Shown piece by piece: positions 27,681 through 41,104 of a stretch of DNA of 64,000 nucleotides (the stretch's first letter is position 1; every line of letters begins with the position of its first letter). This DNA comes from Eledone cirrhosa (Eukaryota). Where the stretch lies: contig OZ024750.1 in assembly GCA_964016885.1 (NCBI GenBank), positions 33,108,001-33,172,000 on the forward strand. Direction: 5' to 3'. The position numbers and the translations under genes were made by a program. The notes under the pieces are model-generated. The model ran no database searches. It worked only from the letters and a program-made list of their open reading frames with translations, and was not told the DNA's origin.

Positions 27681-27914
<234 letters not shown>

Positions 27915-29022
27915 AAACACAGAGGTGAACCTAATGTTGCAGTAGGCATTCATCTAGACATATTACCCGATACATTAAACCGACGAATATGACTTTGCCG
28001 AATCGATCATGTCTAACCAAATATATAACACTCTTTGTTATTAAAGAAGTATTTTTCAGTATTACCAAAAAATAAAATTCTGCTTTCATTGAGCTGTAAC
28101 AAAACTATCAACAACTAAACAAACAACATTGACAGAAGATTTAATCATAAGGTGGAACTCTAGAGTATTACTGATTCCCAAATGTTACCTCAACATAAAT
28201 AATCAGTGAATCTTCTAGTGACAATATTTTAAAACAATTCTATATTTCTACACCAAGAAATATGCATTCCTGAATATTTACTGAGCAATTTGTTAGCTCT
28301 ACCTTCAACAACAAATTGTGATGAGCTATACTTCACTGATTGTGTTCACTGATTCGGAAATATATTTAGTGTTGTCTCAAGAGTGTGTCAGCAAAAACAA
28401 AGAAACGGAACGAAATAAAAAAAGAAAACATTATTCAGCAGCTATTTCTTTTTCATCATTGAATATTTTATTCTACTTCATCTTCGTCATGCTCCATAAA
28501 ACTAAACAACCAGATTAATATTGGATTAAGAAACGTGAATCTGCAAACCTACTGTAGAAAAATATCTCTTTTATATAACTGACACAATATATTCACGACT
28601 TCTTACTAAGCTAAATGGACAACTATGCTGAACAAAATAAGATTTAAATCACGTGAAAGAGGTTCGAGATATCTTTATTCTACGTAGCTCTTGGGAGAAT
28701 GGTTAAATTGGTGCTAACACAATTTAGTGATTCACAAAATTATAATTAATTAAAATTACATAAAAAATAAAAATACGATTAGTTTAATGACCAAATGGGA
28801 GCAATAAAACAGAGGAGACATGACAAAATTAAATGAAGTGAATTAAAAATTTTTAAAAAAATGGTATTGAGTAGAGAAGGTGTCTGGACATGTTTCTGTC
28901 ATATTATATCAGTAATATTAGGCATGCACAAAGACACCCCAGATTTTATAGTACCGATATACACAGAAACATATACATATATATATACAGAAAGATATAC
29001 ACATATATATACAGAAACATAT

Positions 29023-29140
<118 letters not shown>

Positions 29141-29221
29141 CTATGCAAAAAGTAAACGGAGACAACAAAGAAAACAACACAGTAGAATAAAGAGATATAC
29201 TAGTTTATAGTAGGAATAGAC

Positions 29222-29257
29222 TCTTTATGTTTCGGACACTAGTCCTTCATCAGAAGA
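29222..29257 (-). ncRNA. Minimal type-I hammerhead ribozyme (near intact)
   Basis: Minus strand TCTT-CTGATGA-AGGAC TAGT GTCC-GAAA-CA-TA-AAGA; CA is probably a decayed CG. Confidence 0.72.
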
Positions 29258-29400
29258 TAGAATGCTAAATAAAATATAAAATAGAAAGATAGAGAGTGCG
29301 AAGACGAGGGAACGAACACAATGTTTTTGAGAAAAAGCAAATATGTGTTTTGTCAGCCATTTCAGAAAATGCTGGTCATATAATATATATTACTGTACTG

Positions 29401-29455
<55 letters not shown>

Positions 29456-29683
29456 TATCTGGCCCGTCCGGCTGGCGCTCGGCTAGGTATACCGGCATTT
29501 TAACTATTCCGGAAGCCCCCCCCCCCTCCAGTGCAAAGATACCGCATGCCCTCTCAAGTCATATTTTCGTTCCGAGTGCGTATACATATACGTGATATAC
29601 GTACCAGTAATGCACTGGGATAATTGTTGGCCTTGTGCCAAAAGTAGAAACAATTATTATAGTAGTTATACATATACAAGATA

Positions 29684-30344
29684 TACGAGGGCTGTCGAAA
29701 GAGCATCTAATTAAAATGTTTTACTGATGATCGTAATGAGATTGGGGAGATAAAATGTTGTAGTGTGGTGCCACATACATTCATGTGGATGTATCTGTTT
29801 GGGCGAGCACGGTGGATGTGTTCCTTGCTGTCAGTCAGCCAGCGTAGGGGATGATATACTACCTAATCCTCACATTTTCATTTTGTCGGATATTACTAAC
29901 AAGAATCCCGAGCTTCTAAATAACGTGATACCTGAAGATTAGGTGTAGATGTACGAGTATGAACTGGAAAACTAGAACAACGACCCCCACAAAACTGGAG
30001 GCTGCTTCATTCGTCGCAACTGTTTCAGGATATCTGGGTAAAGTTACTATGAAGTATTTTGCTCATTCGCCAGGTTCTATACTTTCCAATGGCTTCTTTT
30101 GACTTCTGGTTGCTCCCCCAAAAATGGAGATTCCACCGAGTCGCGAGGCCATTATGTGGACTGCGATGGCAGATCTGAGAGTCATTCTGAAAGAAGTATT
30201 ACAAATTGTCTTCGGGCAGTGAAGGAATTGCTAAGCCAAGTATGTGAAGACATAAAGGAGCTTCTTCAAAGATTAACAATTGAACCTCACCAAATATGTA
30301 ACGTTTGTCACAGCTTAAGGTCGGATACTTTTCAGAGATACTTC
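29684..30344 (+). mobile_element. Internally deleted, decayed mariner element
   Basis: TA-CGAGGGCTGTC left end; right end reads GAAGTATCTCTGAAAAGTATCCGACCTT on the minus strand; remnants resembling VITGDExWxYxY and YSPDMAPxDFWLFPK motifs. Confidence 0.65.
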
Positions 30345-31029
30345 AGAGATGTATTATTAAATCTTCTGCTGCTGTTCTTAGCATTAGCCCAGCAACAGCG
30401 GTAGCAGTAGCAGTAGCAGCCGAGTTGTTGTAGATAAGTGATTGTCTGCATTGAAAAATAGCTGAGGTAATGACAAAGTTTGAGATAATCATATAGATAT
30501 AAATATATTTCCTAGAAAATTATAAGTAGAGAATTTTAAAATACGTTGAAAACCGATCGCAATGTCGGCAAAATATATTAACGACAATAAATATCAATCA
30601 AAAAACAATTAAAATAAAATGTTAGACGATGATAAGAGATACTTTGTTATCGCAAAATACTTTCACAGCTTTAGAACTATATGTAAAAAAAACTTATAGT
30701 ACATGAGGCGCTGCTATAAGTATAAGTATATATATATAATCAGCTTTTCTAATGAGACTGTAGATTCAGAATGATAAAAAATTAGAAATGTTTGTGTGAG
30801 AAATTGTATGGATCTGTGTAAAAAGATTAGTAATATGAATTTCACATAATTTCTGCTTCATATTTCTCTTGAAAATAGTTTTAAATTGACAACCATTTAT
30901 TGATATTTCTTTTTTTATTTTCACTGTAATAAGATTTTTCACTGTAATAAGATTTTGTATTGATCTTGAAGCTCCTCCGGAAACAATCGAATGAAACCAC
31001 ATTCTAGTACATCTGTCGCACATTGATAA

Positions 31030-31235
31030 TTTGTAAATCCGTATGTTGTTCTGGATTTGTCTATATCCTTGCCCCCATCCTTACACTGTAAACATTATTA
31101 TCTAGAGATGACAAAGGAACACACTAGGACTGAACTTGCAGTAGATATATGTGACATACGTTTCGTGATCGATCAGCTCAAAGAACAATCAGTATCCAAC
31201 TCTGGAATCGATAGCTCATCAGATTCGAGGTTTCC

Positions 31236-31287
<52 letters not shown>

Positions 31288-31493
31288 GGAAACCTCGAAT
31301 CTGATGAGCTATCGATTCCAGAGTTGGATACTGATTGTTCTTTGAGCTGATCGATCACGAAACGTATGTCACATATATCTACTGCAAGTTCAGTCCTAGT
31401 GTGTTCCTTTGTCATCTCTAGATAATAATGTTTACAGTGTAAGGATGGGGGCAAGGATATAGACAAATCCAGAACAACATACGGATTTACAAA
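31030..31493. repeat. 464-bp perfect palindrome centred on a (TA)n tract
   Basis: Arms 31030-31240 and 31283-31493; the ORF track shows identical 60-aa ORFs on opposite strands. Confidence 0.95.
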
Positions 31494-31554
31494 GTATTAT
31501 TTTTATATGAGCCGCCAGTGTCCGCGCATTGCCTGGAGGCTCAGCTGAGAATAG

Positions 31555-31636
31555 ACTCCCTGATGACGCAATGAATTCTCGACAGTTGGATTATGTAACT
31601 GTCTTTATCCCATTGCAGAAACTAATTAGTTGGAGT
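31555..31636 (+). ncRNA. Type-I hammerhead ribozyme
   Basis: ACTCC-CTGATGA-CGCAATG...GACAGTT...AACTGTC...CATTGCA-GAAA-CTAATTAG-TT-GGAGT. Confidence 0.85.
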
Positions 31637-32108
31637 GAAAATTTAAGTAAGTAAGTAAAAAATTTTTTAAAAATTTTTTTTTTAAATATTTTCTTATTTT
31701 ACGTCTTTTATATTATTGTTCTGCACCCTCCTGCATTGAACCACCTAGGTACTATGACATAACCTGTGTATTTGCTGGCATGGACGTACATCTGTGCGTC
31801 TATGTTAGTTGATATATTAAATTATCTATATTTATCTCCAAATCACTGATTTGTCGAGCAAACCTGCCAAAACCACTTCAACATTTTTTTTGGGGTGTTA
31901 GTAGGCGTCAGTCATCTTACCATCCCATTCCTTCTAACTAGCCTCTATGTCACGTGATTGATTCTTTAGAATCGGTCATTTGACTGGAAGCAGTGAGAAT
32001 TTCAGTACATAGAATCCAGTCCTCGCCTAGCTGTTCTTTCTACCGAAGTATTATTTTTATATGAGCCGCCAGTGTCCGCGCATTGCCTGGAGGCTCAGCT
32101 GAGAATAG

Positions 32109-32190
32109 ACTCCCTGATGACGCAATGAATTCTCGACAGTTGGATTATGTAACTGTCTTTATCCCATTGCAGAAACTAATTAGTTGGAGT
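32109..32190 (+). ncRNA. Type-I hammerhead ribozyme (second tandem copy)
   Basis: Identical to 31555-31636. Confidence 0.85.
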
Positions 32191-32374
32191 GAAAATTTAA
32201 GTAAGTAAAAAATTTTTTTAAAATTTTTTTAAAAAATATTTTCTTATTTTACGTCTTTTATATTATTGTTCTGCACCCTCCTGCATTGAACCACCTAGGT
32301 ACTATGACATAACCTGTGTATTTGCTGGCATGGACGTACATCTGTGCGTCTATGTTAGTTGATATATTAAATTA

Positions 32375-32417
<43 letters not shown>

Positions 32418-32670
32418 CAAAGAAGGTGTGGTAAGATACCAGATGGTCCATAACGCACCAGAGTACTCGATATTTAGGGTAGTAGAGTGGGTAATAGGAA
32501 AAGAGTCAGGACCCTGACGACTGAGCTACAGCCGTTTCGACAGCTAGATTCGAACTAAGCCAGCAGTATTAGAACGGCGGGAATCTAACTGAACCTATCA
32601 AGGGGTACAGTCCACATATGGGCATGCAGTCAAAACAAAAAAAAAGCAGAAATATCAAAGCAAATATTCC

Positions 32671-32702
<32 letters not shown>

Positions 32703-32902
32703 TTTATTTATTTAGGTTTGTTGGTTCAGCACTGGATAGAACTGGTCATTCCGTATGGTCAACCGTGATGTAATACTAGGGAGGGCACTCGACGTAATAC
32801 AACTCACCCGTCTTCGTTTGTGTTGTTGGTGGTGCGAGTACGGAGTTAAGTATTATAAAATAACAGGAGGCTGGACTGGTGTAATTCCTTAAAAGGTTTA
32901 TT

Positions 32903-32960
32903 ATACTATGATCATTTCAGTGACCGGGTTCAGTATGAATTCGGTGACATCATCAGGTAT
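32903..32960 (-). ncRNA. Type-I hammerhead ribozyme
   Basis: Minus strand ATAC-CTGATGA-TGTCACCG...CGGTCACT-GAAA-TGATCA-TA-GTAT, followed by AATAAA. Confidence 0.8.
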
Positions 32961-33275
32961 TCGAAATTTAACAAAAGAATATAAAAGACACAATCCATGG
33001 GGCTGAAGAGCAGAGAGAGGGAGGCGGCCAAACATTTAGCAGCTTCTACCCCGGTCAGCCGCCCTCGATTTTATAATATATATATATATATATATATAAC
33101 GAAGGAAATGTGGTAAGGAACCAGGTGGACCATAACGCACCAAAGTACTCAATACTTGAGGTAGTAGAGTGGGTAATAGGAACCAGTAAGACCCCGACAG
33201 CTGAGCTCAAGCCGTTTCGACGGCTAATTCTGGACTATATATATATATAATCTCACAGATTCACACATATGCACA

Positions 33276-33317
<42 letters not shown>

Positions 33318-33376
33318 CATATATATAATCTCACAGATTCACACATATGCACACAAACTCACACACTCACACACAC

Positions 33377-33410
<34 letters not shown>

Positions 33411-34006
33411 TAAAACAGTCCTCGTTATAGATTACTCTAAATCTGAACTAGAGCAACCGAAAACGATATCTCGTATATATATATATATATATATATATAT
33501 GTTCGTGCGCGCGCGCCCGCGTGTGTGTATGTGTGTGTGTGTGTTATTAAGTATGTATATGTTTAATACACTTACAAGTTTCAACACGAGATCAGACATA
33601 TGGAATATTCCTTTGTATTTGTAAACAACATAAATTATTTGAATAAAAATATATATCTAAAGTATTTTCTTATCAGAAGCAAAATAAGTTACAAAACATA
33701 TATTTAGATTTAATCAAGTACATGATATTTAACATCCAGAAAGAAGCTTATGTTTATTGAAAACTAATTTAAGAATGGTAAAATTGGCATAGACGATGCC
33801 AAATTATCGATTTTCAAACTGAATATGTTTGCCAGCATTCTCATTCAATAACGTACAAACAAAAATCTAGTACATTCGGAGTATTGCTTGTGTAATATTA
33901 TAAGAGGCAATTATTTTCCTGTTTGTATCAGTTATACTCTAGATTCTACTATCACACTTGATACACCTCTGTAAGCCTGATGTGTTACATTATAGTCTAT
34001 TAATGT

Positions 34007-34636
34007 AGCGCCGTAGATAGGTAGTATCAGTAAAGCGTCGGACAACATGCTTTGCAGCACAGAATTACGACCCTTTACGTTCTGAGTTCAAATCTCACCG
34101 AGGTTAGATTTACCTTTCATCCTTACACGGTCGATAAAATAAAGTATCAGTAATGATCTGGTGTCGATTTAATCGACTTTCCCTTCCCCAAAGATTGCTG
34201 GCCATGTGCGTAAATCAGAAACCATTATCGACTTTTAATGTCGGGCGCTGGATTGGCAGTAGACTCGATAGAGCATCGGAGAACATGCTTCGCAGCATAG
34301 ACTTAAGGCCCTTTATGTTCTGAGTTCAAATCCCGCTGAGGTTAGCTTTACCTATCATCCTTGTAGGGTCGATAATATAATGTACCAGTAATGCACTGAG
34401 GCTGAATTACTAAAACCGGTTTTGCCCGTATTAATTTGAATAGATTTGGGTGGTGGATTGGCAGTATCGGTAGAGGGTCGGACGCAATGCTTTCCAGCAT
34501 AGTTACGTCCCTTTACGATCTGAGTTCAAATCCTGCCGAGGTTGACTTTACCTTTCATCCTTACGGGGTCGATAAAATAAAGTACCAGTAATGCACTGGG
34601 TATTTGCTGGCCTTGTGCCTAAATTAGAAACAATTA
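34007..34636 (+). mobile_element. Three head-to-tail SINE copies (34007-34227, 34243-34405, 34448-34636)
   Basis: Each has a GAGTTCAAATC B box and the TCATCCTT...GTCGATAA core. Confidence 0.85.
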
Positions 34637-35480
34637 ATTTGAATAGATTTTAAATAAAGAACAAATATTGCTGTTACAACAATACATCAGTGCCTCTTTG
34701 TTTGGAAACGAACAAAGAGAGGGATGAAGGTACCATGCCTCGCTAAAATCGAAATAATTCCATCAAAAGAGCAATTGGAGCAACCCAATCTTTTAATCGT
34801 TATTATTTAATCTGAGTTATTGAGACTATTATGTTGGTATGGGGGTACAAGTTATATTGCTCTTCGTACGATTGCATTAAATAGGGTCACGTGTTATTTA
34901 CCATAGAGTGCACAACAATGACAGTCCAGTTTCCGTTAAGATGTATGATTATTAGAAATCTTTATATTTTGTTTTCTGTGTTTGTTTGTTTTAATATATT
35001 TATAGACTTACAGCGTATGAATTCAAAGCTTAATATCCCATGCCATCATACTGTCTGCCATTGTAAACACTAATATAAAACAGATTCTATTTTTGATATT
35101 TATATGAGCTTTTAAATTTTGACTGACTTTGTAAGAAATATCAATTTTTCATTCACATTTCTACAGTTTCATATACACACATGCTTGTATTTATATATTC
35201 CTAAGTATTCATAGAAGAAATCAAAATTATACAGCTTTAATATCATCTTACCTTTCAGTTCTAAGTATCTGTCTGAACTGCCAATCCTTTTCAGTATAAT
35301 ATCACACTTTTACATTTTCCAGTTCGAAGGACAATATAATATTATGGCTAAATTGCTTAACAATATAAATTATACATATATGTTCTATTGGTATATTAGT
35401 AGTATTTCATATCAATTCTATACTGAACTTCGAAATATTTCTATAGATGTTTAACCAACATTATATGTATAATGTACCAT

Positions 35481-35740
35481 GGGCGGTGGATTGGCAGTAT
35501 CGGTAGAGGGTCGGACGCCATGCTTTGACGCATAGAGTTACGGCCCTTGCGATTCTGAGTTCAAATCCCGCCGAGGTTAACTTTGCCTTTCATCCTTACG
35601 GGGTAGATAAAATAAAGTACCAGTAATGTACTGGGTAATTGCTGGCCTTGTGCCAATAGTAGAAACAATTATATGTATAATGTACCAGTACTGGGTAATT
35701 GCTGGCCTTGTGCCAAAAGTAGAAACAATTATATGTATAA
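35481..35740 (+). mobile_element. SINE with tandemly duplicated 3' tail
   Basis: GTACTGGGTAATTGCTGGCCTTGTGCCAAWAGTAGAAACAATTATATGTATAA occurs twice. Confidence 0.88.
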
Positions 35741-36611
35741 CTAGCAGTAAAGCCCGGCGTTGCTCGGGGTCGCTCAGTAGCTGTGTTAAAGTTACAATGT
35801 TAAGTTTCTTTTTTGGCTTAAAAACTGTAGTGTCTACTGTGCAGACTTGCATGTGGTGTTTTTGATTAATATTCCCTCAACCAACAATATGCCTTATGAA
35901 GTTAAGAAAACATAACGATAACCCGAATGTTATAACAAAAGAGGATGCTGGGGATAAAAACTGCACTGGTTATTTATTAACAAAGATCGAAAATGTAAAC
36001 ACTGCAACGCAGAGAAAAACATTAGCGTAACCAAATTATCAGTTATGTCTGTCTGCACGCCTATATCACCTCTCTGCACGACTGTCTGTCTGCACGCCTA
36101 TATCACCTCTCTGCACGACTATCTGTCTGCACGCCTATATCACCTCTCTGCACGACTGTCTGTCTGCACGACTGTCTGTCTGCCCGCCTAACGACGAAAT
36201 ATTTGCTTGTTTTACGTAGTCTTTAAATAGACTTGTTTTCAAGTAAAAATATTGTTTTAAAATGCTTTTAAATGGAAATGAAGCAAAACGGAAGCTTAGT
36301 GTTCAACTGTTCGTGTATTGTGTTAATGTCATTTTAAACGCTGAGAAAGCCAGCGTAATTTTTTACGTAAGACGCTCAATGTAAACAGAACAAAGGGAAA
36401 TAACTGATAACTTACGCTCAAAAATCGATACATTATATTCGATTTCGTCACATAGGGTGGGTCAATTTGAAATATTTTTTTTTCCGATGTCTTCGCTAGG
36501 GCTCAATGTACAAGTATAGCAATTTCGGTGCAATTCCGTGAGAGATTCTAAGAGGAGATGTGTGCCAAAAATCGATAGACAGACAGACAACCACAGTTTT
36601 ATATATATAGA
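35741..36611 (-). mobile_element. Non-autonomous Helitron
   Basis: Minus strand starts TC and ends CTAG, subterminal hairpin CCCGAGCAACGCCGGG, inserted between A and T without TSD; internal 37-bp minisatellite x3; second copy at 63020-63964. Confidence 0.88.
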
Positions 36612-36939
36612 TGAGATGTAAACACTTTTGTCTGTATATACAATATCTACGTTGAAAGGATTGAAACTGTCGCGTTGTTCCCCCTTTAATATCTCTATGT
36701 TTTCATTTATCTATACACAGAGAGGTATCTATATATCTATAGACACATTCCATAGTCAGTAGCATATACATGTCAAAGGTCGTCTGTTTTAGATTATTCA
36801 AGAAAAAGATATAGCCGATAAGCCTGATCCTGTCACTCTCCGTGTAAAGCCCTTGTTTGTATATAAAATATTTTCGTAGAAAGGATTGCAGCTATATTTG
36901 AAGTAGCTGTATGAATCGATCTACGTTGAAAACTTCTGT

Positions 36940-37610
36940 GTATTTAAAAGTAAGTCAAAGGTGACTGTATAACAGTTATTAATAATTCTGAAAATAGCAG
37001 ACGACAAAATTCTACGCGTTCCGTGGTGGTAGACTCCTCATCGGATATTCTATAGGTATTTGCCTGAAATTGTGTCCGTAAATTGTGTTTCTTAAAATCG
37101 CTATGTTTTCTTCTTTGGCGTTGCCAGATATCATTGTAAATTGTGTTTCAGTTGCTTTTACATGTATACTTTGGAAACTATATAACGATTGTGTTGTTTA
37201 GAATCTTAATCAGTTATCGTAGGTGATGTAGGTTTCTCAATGTTTCTGAGAGGTTTCTCTTCTATCACTTGTATTATATCTCTTACATGATCCACAGTGT
37301 AAAATGTCAATGTAACAATTCATTGTTGTTTATTAATGGCGATACATTTCTAGTCTTGTCTTTGATTGGAATGTTTGGATAATTCTTAGTAATCTTTTTA
37401 TTCTGGACAGATATTTCTCAGATTATTTCACCATGTAACAGATTTATCTATAATTATTTTTCATATCAAAATATTGGCATATTGCTCAATCTACGTAGCA
37501 ACCCGCCCTTTCGTCTCTGTAGAGATATTTCATTTAAAACGCTTCTGTTGCCGGAAACTATGTGATCAACTGTTTTTTTCCTTAATAGAATAGTCTACAG
37601 AGTGTGATAG
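36940..37610 (-). pseudogene. Decayed R4/Dong-like (RLE) non-LTR C-terminal fragment
   Basis: Minus remnants CRL...KTVDHIVSG and Y.YRDERAGCYVD.AICQYF resemble the CCHC/RHD region of RLE LINEs; heavily degraded. Confidence 0.45.
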
Positions 37611-38675
37611 ATTTATGTTCCATTATTTTGATTGACAGTATCGATAGAGTATTGGTAGAGCATAAAGTAACGTCTCTGGACATTCCGAGTTCAAATCCTG
37701 GCGTTACTGGGTCGATAAAATAAAGAACCAGTAACACACTGGGGTCAATTTAATCAACTTTCCCCTCCTCCAAAATGGCTGGCCTTCTGCCTAATTCAGA
37801 ACACATTATTTTGATTGTGAAGGTTTTTGATATTAAGTAGGGATCACGTGCAGTTAAGATCAAACATCCCTTCTTAGATTTCAGTTCAAAGACTTTGAAC
37901 CATTATTCATGTTCATGCTAACTTACTCCCATCCTACGTGTTTTCTACAACAATGATCAACGAGGGTTGTTACATCCATGACTTTTATGTGTTTATGGAG
38001 TTTCAATTTGATTTAGTTCTCTTTCGTATTATTTTGTATTATTTTGTCTTTATCAACACATGTTTCATGATTTATATTACTTTCTGTTAGAGAAACAATT
38101 TATTTGATTTTGTTATAATATTAATTTAATCTGTTTTCTTTCACTTCTAAGAATTTTTCTAGAATGCATTTGAAATAGCTCTTGAGTTTTTAAGAGGGCA
38201 TTTCATGTTATAATTCACCTATATTGGCTCTATAATGTTTTTTTCTGAGGGCAGTAAGTGATTTTCTGGAATTCTAATTTAAATACACCATTGCACTTAA
38301 ATATACTTCCCTAAACTGTTTGGATTGGCTTATGTATTATTAAATAGAATAATTGTTTCTACTTTTGGCACAAGGCAAGCAATTATACCAGTCCATAACT
38401 GGTACTTTATTTTATCGAGACCGTAAGGATGAAAGGGGAAGTTAACCTCGGCCGGATTTGAACTCAGATCATAAAGGGCTGTAATGTTTATTGAATAAAA
38501 TAATGTCTCACGTACGCTACAGAGATTGTTTTTTAATCTTAGATTTTCTTCATTTTTTAATAATCTTTATAATTTCCTTCATTATTGTATTTTTTCTGCT
38601 ACCCGTAAATATTTACTCGATTGTTTTTGTGAAGTATTTTAATATATCTCAATGTTTTCAGTTTTAGCTTTAGTA

Positions 38676-38955
38676 AGCTACGAACTGGTAGAGTTGTTAG
38701 AACGTCGGATAGAATGCTTCGCAGTATTCGTCCCAGCTCTCTCCTGGTTGAGTTCAAATCCCACTGAGGTCAACTTTGCCTTTCATCCATTCGAGGTCGA
38801 TGAAAAAGTACCATTCTAATACTGTGGCCGATCTTTCTCTACATCTCTTTCTCAATTCCATTCTCACTCACTCTCTATACTTCTCTGAAAGAGATCTGCT
38901 GTATTCAGACCTGGAGAGAGCTGGGTTCCACCAGGCGTAAAATGCTATAGAAACG
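38676..38955 (+). mobile_element. SINE variant (paralogue of 12690-12982)
   Basis: B box GAGTTCAAATCC, core and shared alternative tail. Confidence 0.68.
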
Positions 38956-39821
38956 CTTTGTCAATTTGCAGCCCTACGACTCCATTAGGTCATCCGGGAC
39001 CGTATCATACAACAGATTTAGTACCACATCTGAATTCGTGTAAATTATTTAGTATACTTTGTCTCTTGTAATTTTATATCACCTACAGAGATGAGATATT
39101 TACAATTTGTCCATGACATTAGTAACTATTGATATTTTCTGTGTAGAAACTGGTCAAACAGGTGTTGATTCGGGCCTGTTTAATAATTTATTAAACGATT
39201 TTCCTACAGTCACGAAAACTTGTTCGATATATTTGTCAGATATTAGAGGATTTGGGTCATGAGCTGACAAATTTTTCATATAACTTTGCCATATATGTTC
39301 TTTGATTTTGTTTAATATTTTCTGGAAATGTGTGCTTATTTTATCCCAGTACCTTAATGAGCGGTCTCATTCCATGCTATTCATTACGACAAACCGTTTA
39401 GTATTGAAACAATCTTTAAATTCAAGAACCACTGTGTGGGTTAGTAGTCGTGAATGTGGTAAGAAACTCTCAGGAGAGCAGGAAAACGGAAGCACTTCAG
39501 AGATAAAACTCCACTCAAGCGAGTGTTTCGACCCTTAAACTATTTTTATAATCAGGAGTGTTGAAGCAGCTAGCTTAAAATACCAGACGTTTAGTATTTG
39601 TTTAAAAATCAAGACAGAAGCGGTGTTGCTTCTCAGGGTCTTTTAGACGACATGATGTTGCAAATTAAATTTATTTCAAACATTTTCATTTTTTTTGTGA
39701 TTTTATTACATCAGCTGTGTTTCTGACTTGTATTGTTAATATGTCGTATCAAGATTTCTTTTAATGACAGTTAGACATCGTGTTTTTTCCTAATTAGAAA
39801 TTATTATTAAGAAGCTGGCGA

Positions 39822-40011
39822 GGGCGGTGGATTGGCAGTATCGGTGGACGGTCGGACGCCATGCTTTCCAGCATAGTTACGTCCCTTTACGATCTGAGTT
39901 CAAATCCCGCCGAGGTTGACTTTGCCTTTCATCCTTACGGGGGTCGATAAAATAAAGTACCAGTAATGCACTGGATAATTGCTGGCCTTGTGCCTGAAGT
40001 AGAAACAATTA
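39822..40011 (+). mobile_element. tRNA-derived SINE, full length, young
   Basis: Intact A and B boxes; ATTATTAAGAAGCTG occurs on both sides (possible TSD). Confidence 0.9.
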
Positions 40012-40867
40012 TTAAGAAGCTGACATTTATCTCAATCCAATCAACGAAGCTCCTTCATTTATAGATATCACACACCTACAATTAATTGTTCAATGTTTAC
40101 CTCTCATTAATACGAGTATATTTATGATTAATTAATATGATTATGCCCGCAACCATGCGTTTATTAATTCTTACTCTATTCTATATTTGTTGAGCAGATG
40201 TTGCTCTTAGATTATATGTTTTTTGTTTTCTACTGCCAACTTGCATACATATTCTAAATACGAATAGAATCATTTCTATCTATTCTATCTATTCTGCTAA
40301 CGTGGATGACTAAACTTCTTCGCTGAAAAGTTGTCTCAAAACCGAAATATATCGGGAGTTGCTTCACATTCCGATTTTCCTACACATTTATGAAAACCTC
40401 GTTCGGTATATTTGTAAAATATTAGGGGATTTGGGCCATGAGTAGAAATATGTTTCTACTGATTTGGTGATAACGTGGATGACTATACTTCGCCGCTGAA
40501 AAAGATATAACAAATCTGAACTATATCTGGAGTTACTTCCCTTTCCATATTTCCAACGTTAATTAATTCAAACTATCATATACCGACTCATTTTATGTGT
40601 ATTTCTTTTAGAGAGTTTAACAATTGCCGACCTACAATTATTGTATTGATTTAATCTTTTTCTAATATTTATCTCCCCTTCATACAGCTATGGTAATGAA
40701 TAATTAAAGTTATTATACTCGCCTCCTGATGTTTGTTAATGCTTACTTTTCTGTGTTTTATTAATGGATTAATGTTTATAAATAAAGGCGTGTGGCTTAG
40801 TGGTTAGAGGATTCGGTTAACAATCATGATGACAGCCACAACAGTGGCTGTGAGGTGGTAGCGGGAG

Positions 40868-40922
40868 AACTACTACTACTACTACGACTACTAGTAGTAG
40901 TAGTAGCATCAGCATCAGCAGC

Positions 40923-40966
<44 letters not shown>

Positions 40967-41029
40967 AAGCAACAGCAGTAGTGGTAGTAGTAATAGTAGC
41001 AGCAGCAGCAGTAGTAGTAGTATCAGCAA

Positions 41030-41075
<46 letters not shown>

Positions 41076-41104
41076 CGTAATAGTAACTACTACGACTACT
41101 AGTA
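40868..41104. repeat. (TAG)n/(CAG)n trinucleotide microsatellite
   Basis: Direct reading. Confidence 0.95.

Larger units (their letters stand above)
31492..32380 (+). mobile_element. ORF-less tandem (554-bp period, ~1.6 copies) with a hammerhead in each repeat; PLE pseudo-LTR or retrozyme-like
   Basis: 31492-31830 is repeated at 32046-32380; ends in (TA)n. Confidence 0.82.

Noticed and set aside
31296-31378. CTGATGA...GAAA-CGTATG-TC inside the palindrome arm as another hammerhead
   Set aside because: Stem I does not pair (GAAT versus ACAT) and the base of stem II is poor; left uncalled
31057-31466. Identical 60-aa ORFs on opposite strands
   Set aside because: By-product of the palindrome; TTG start and no recognisable domain
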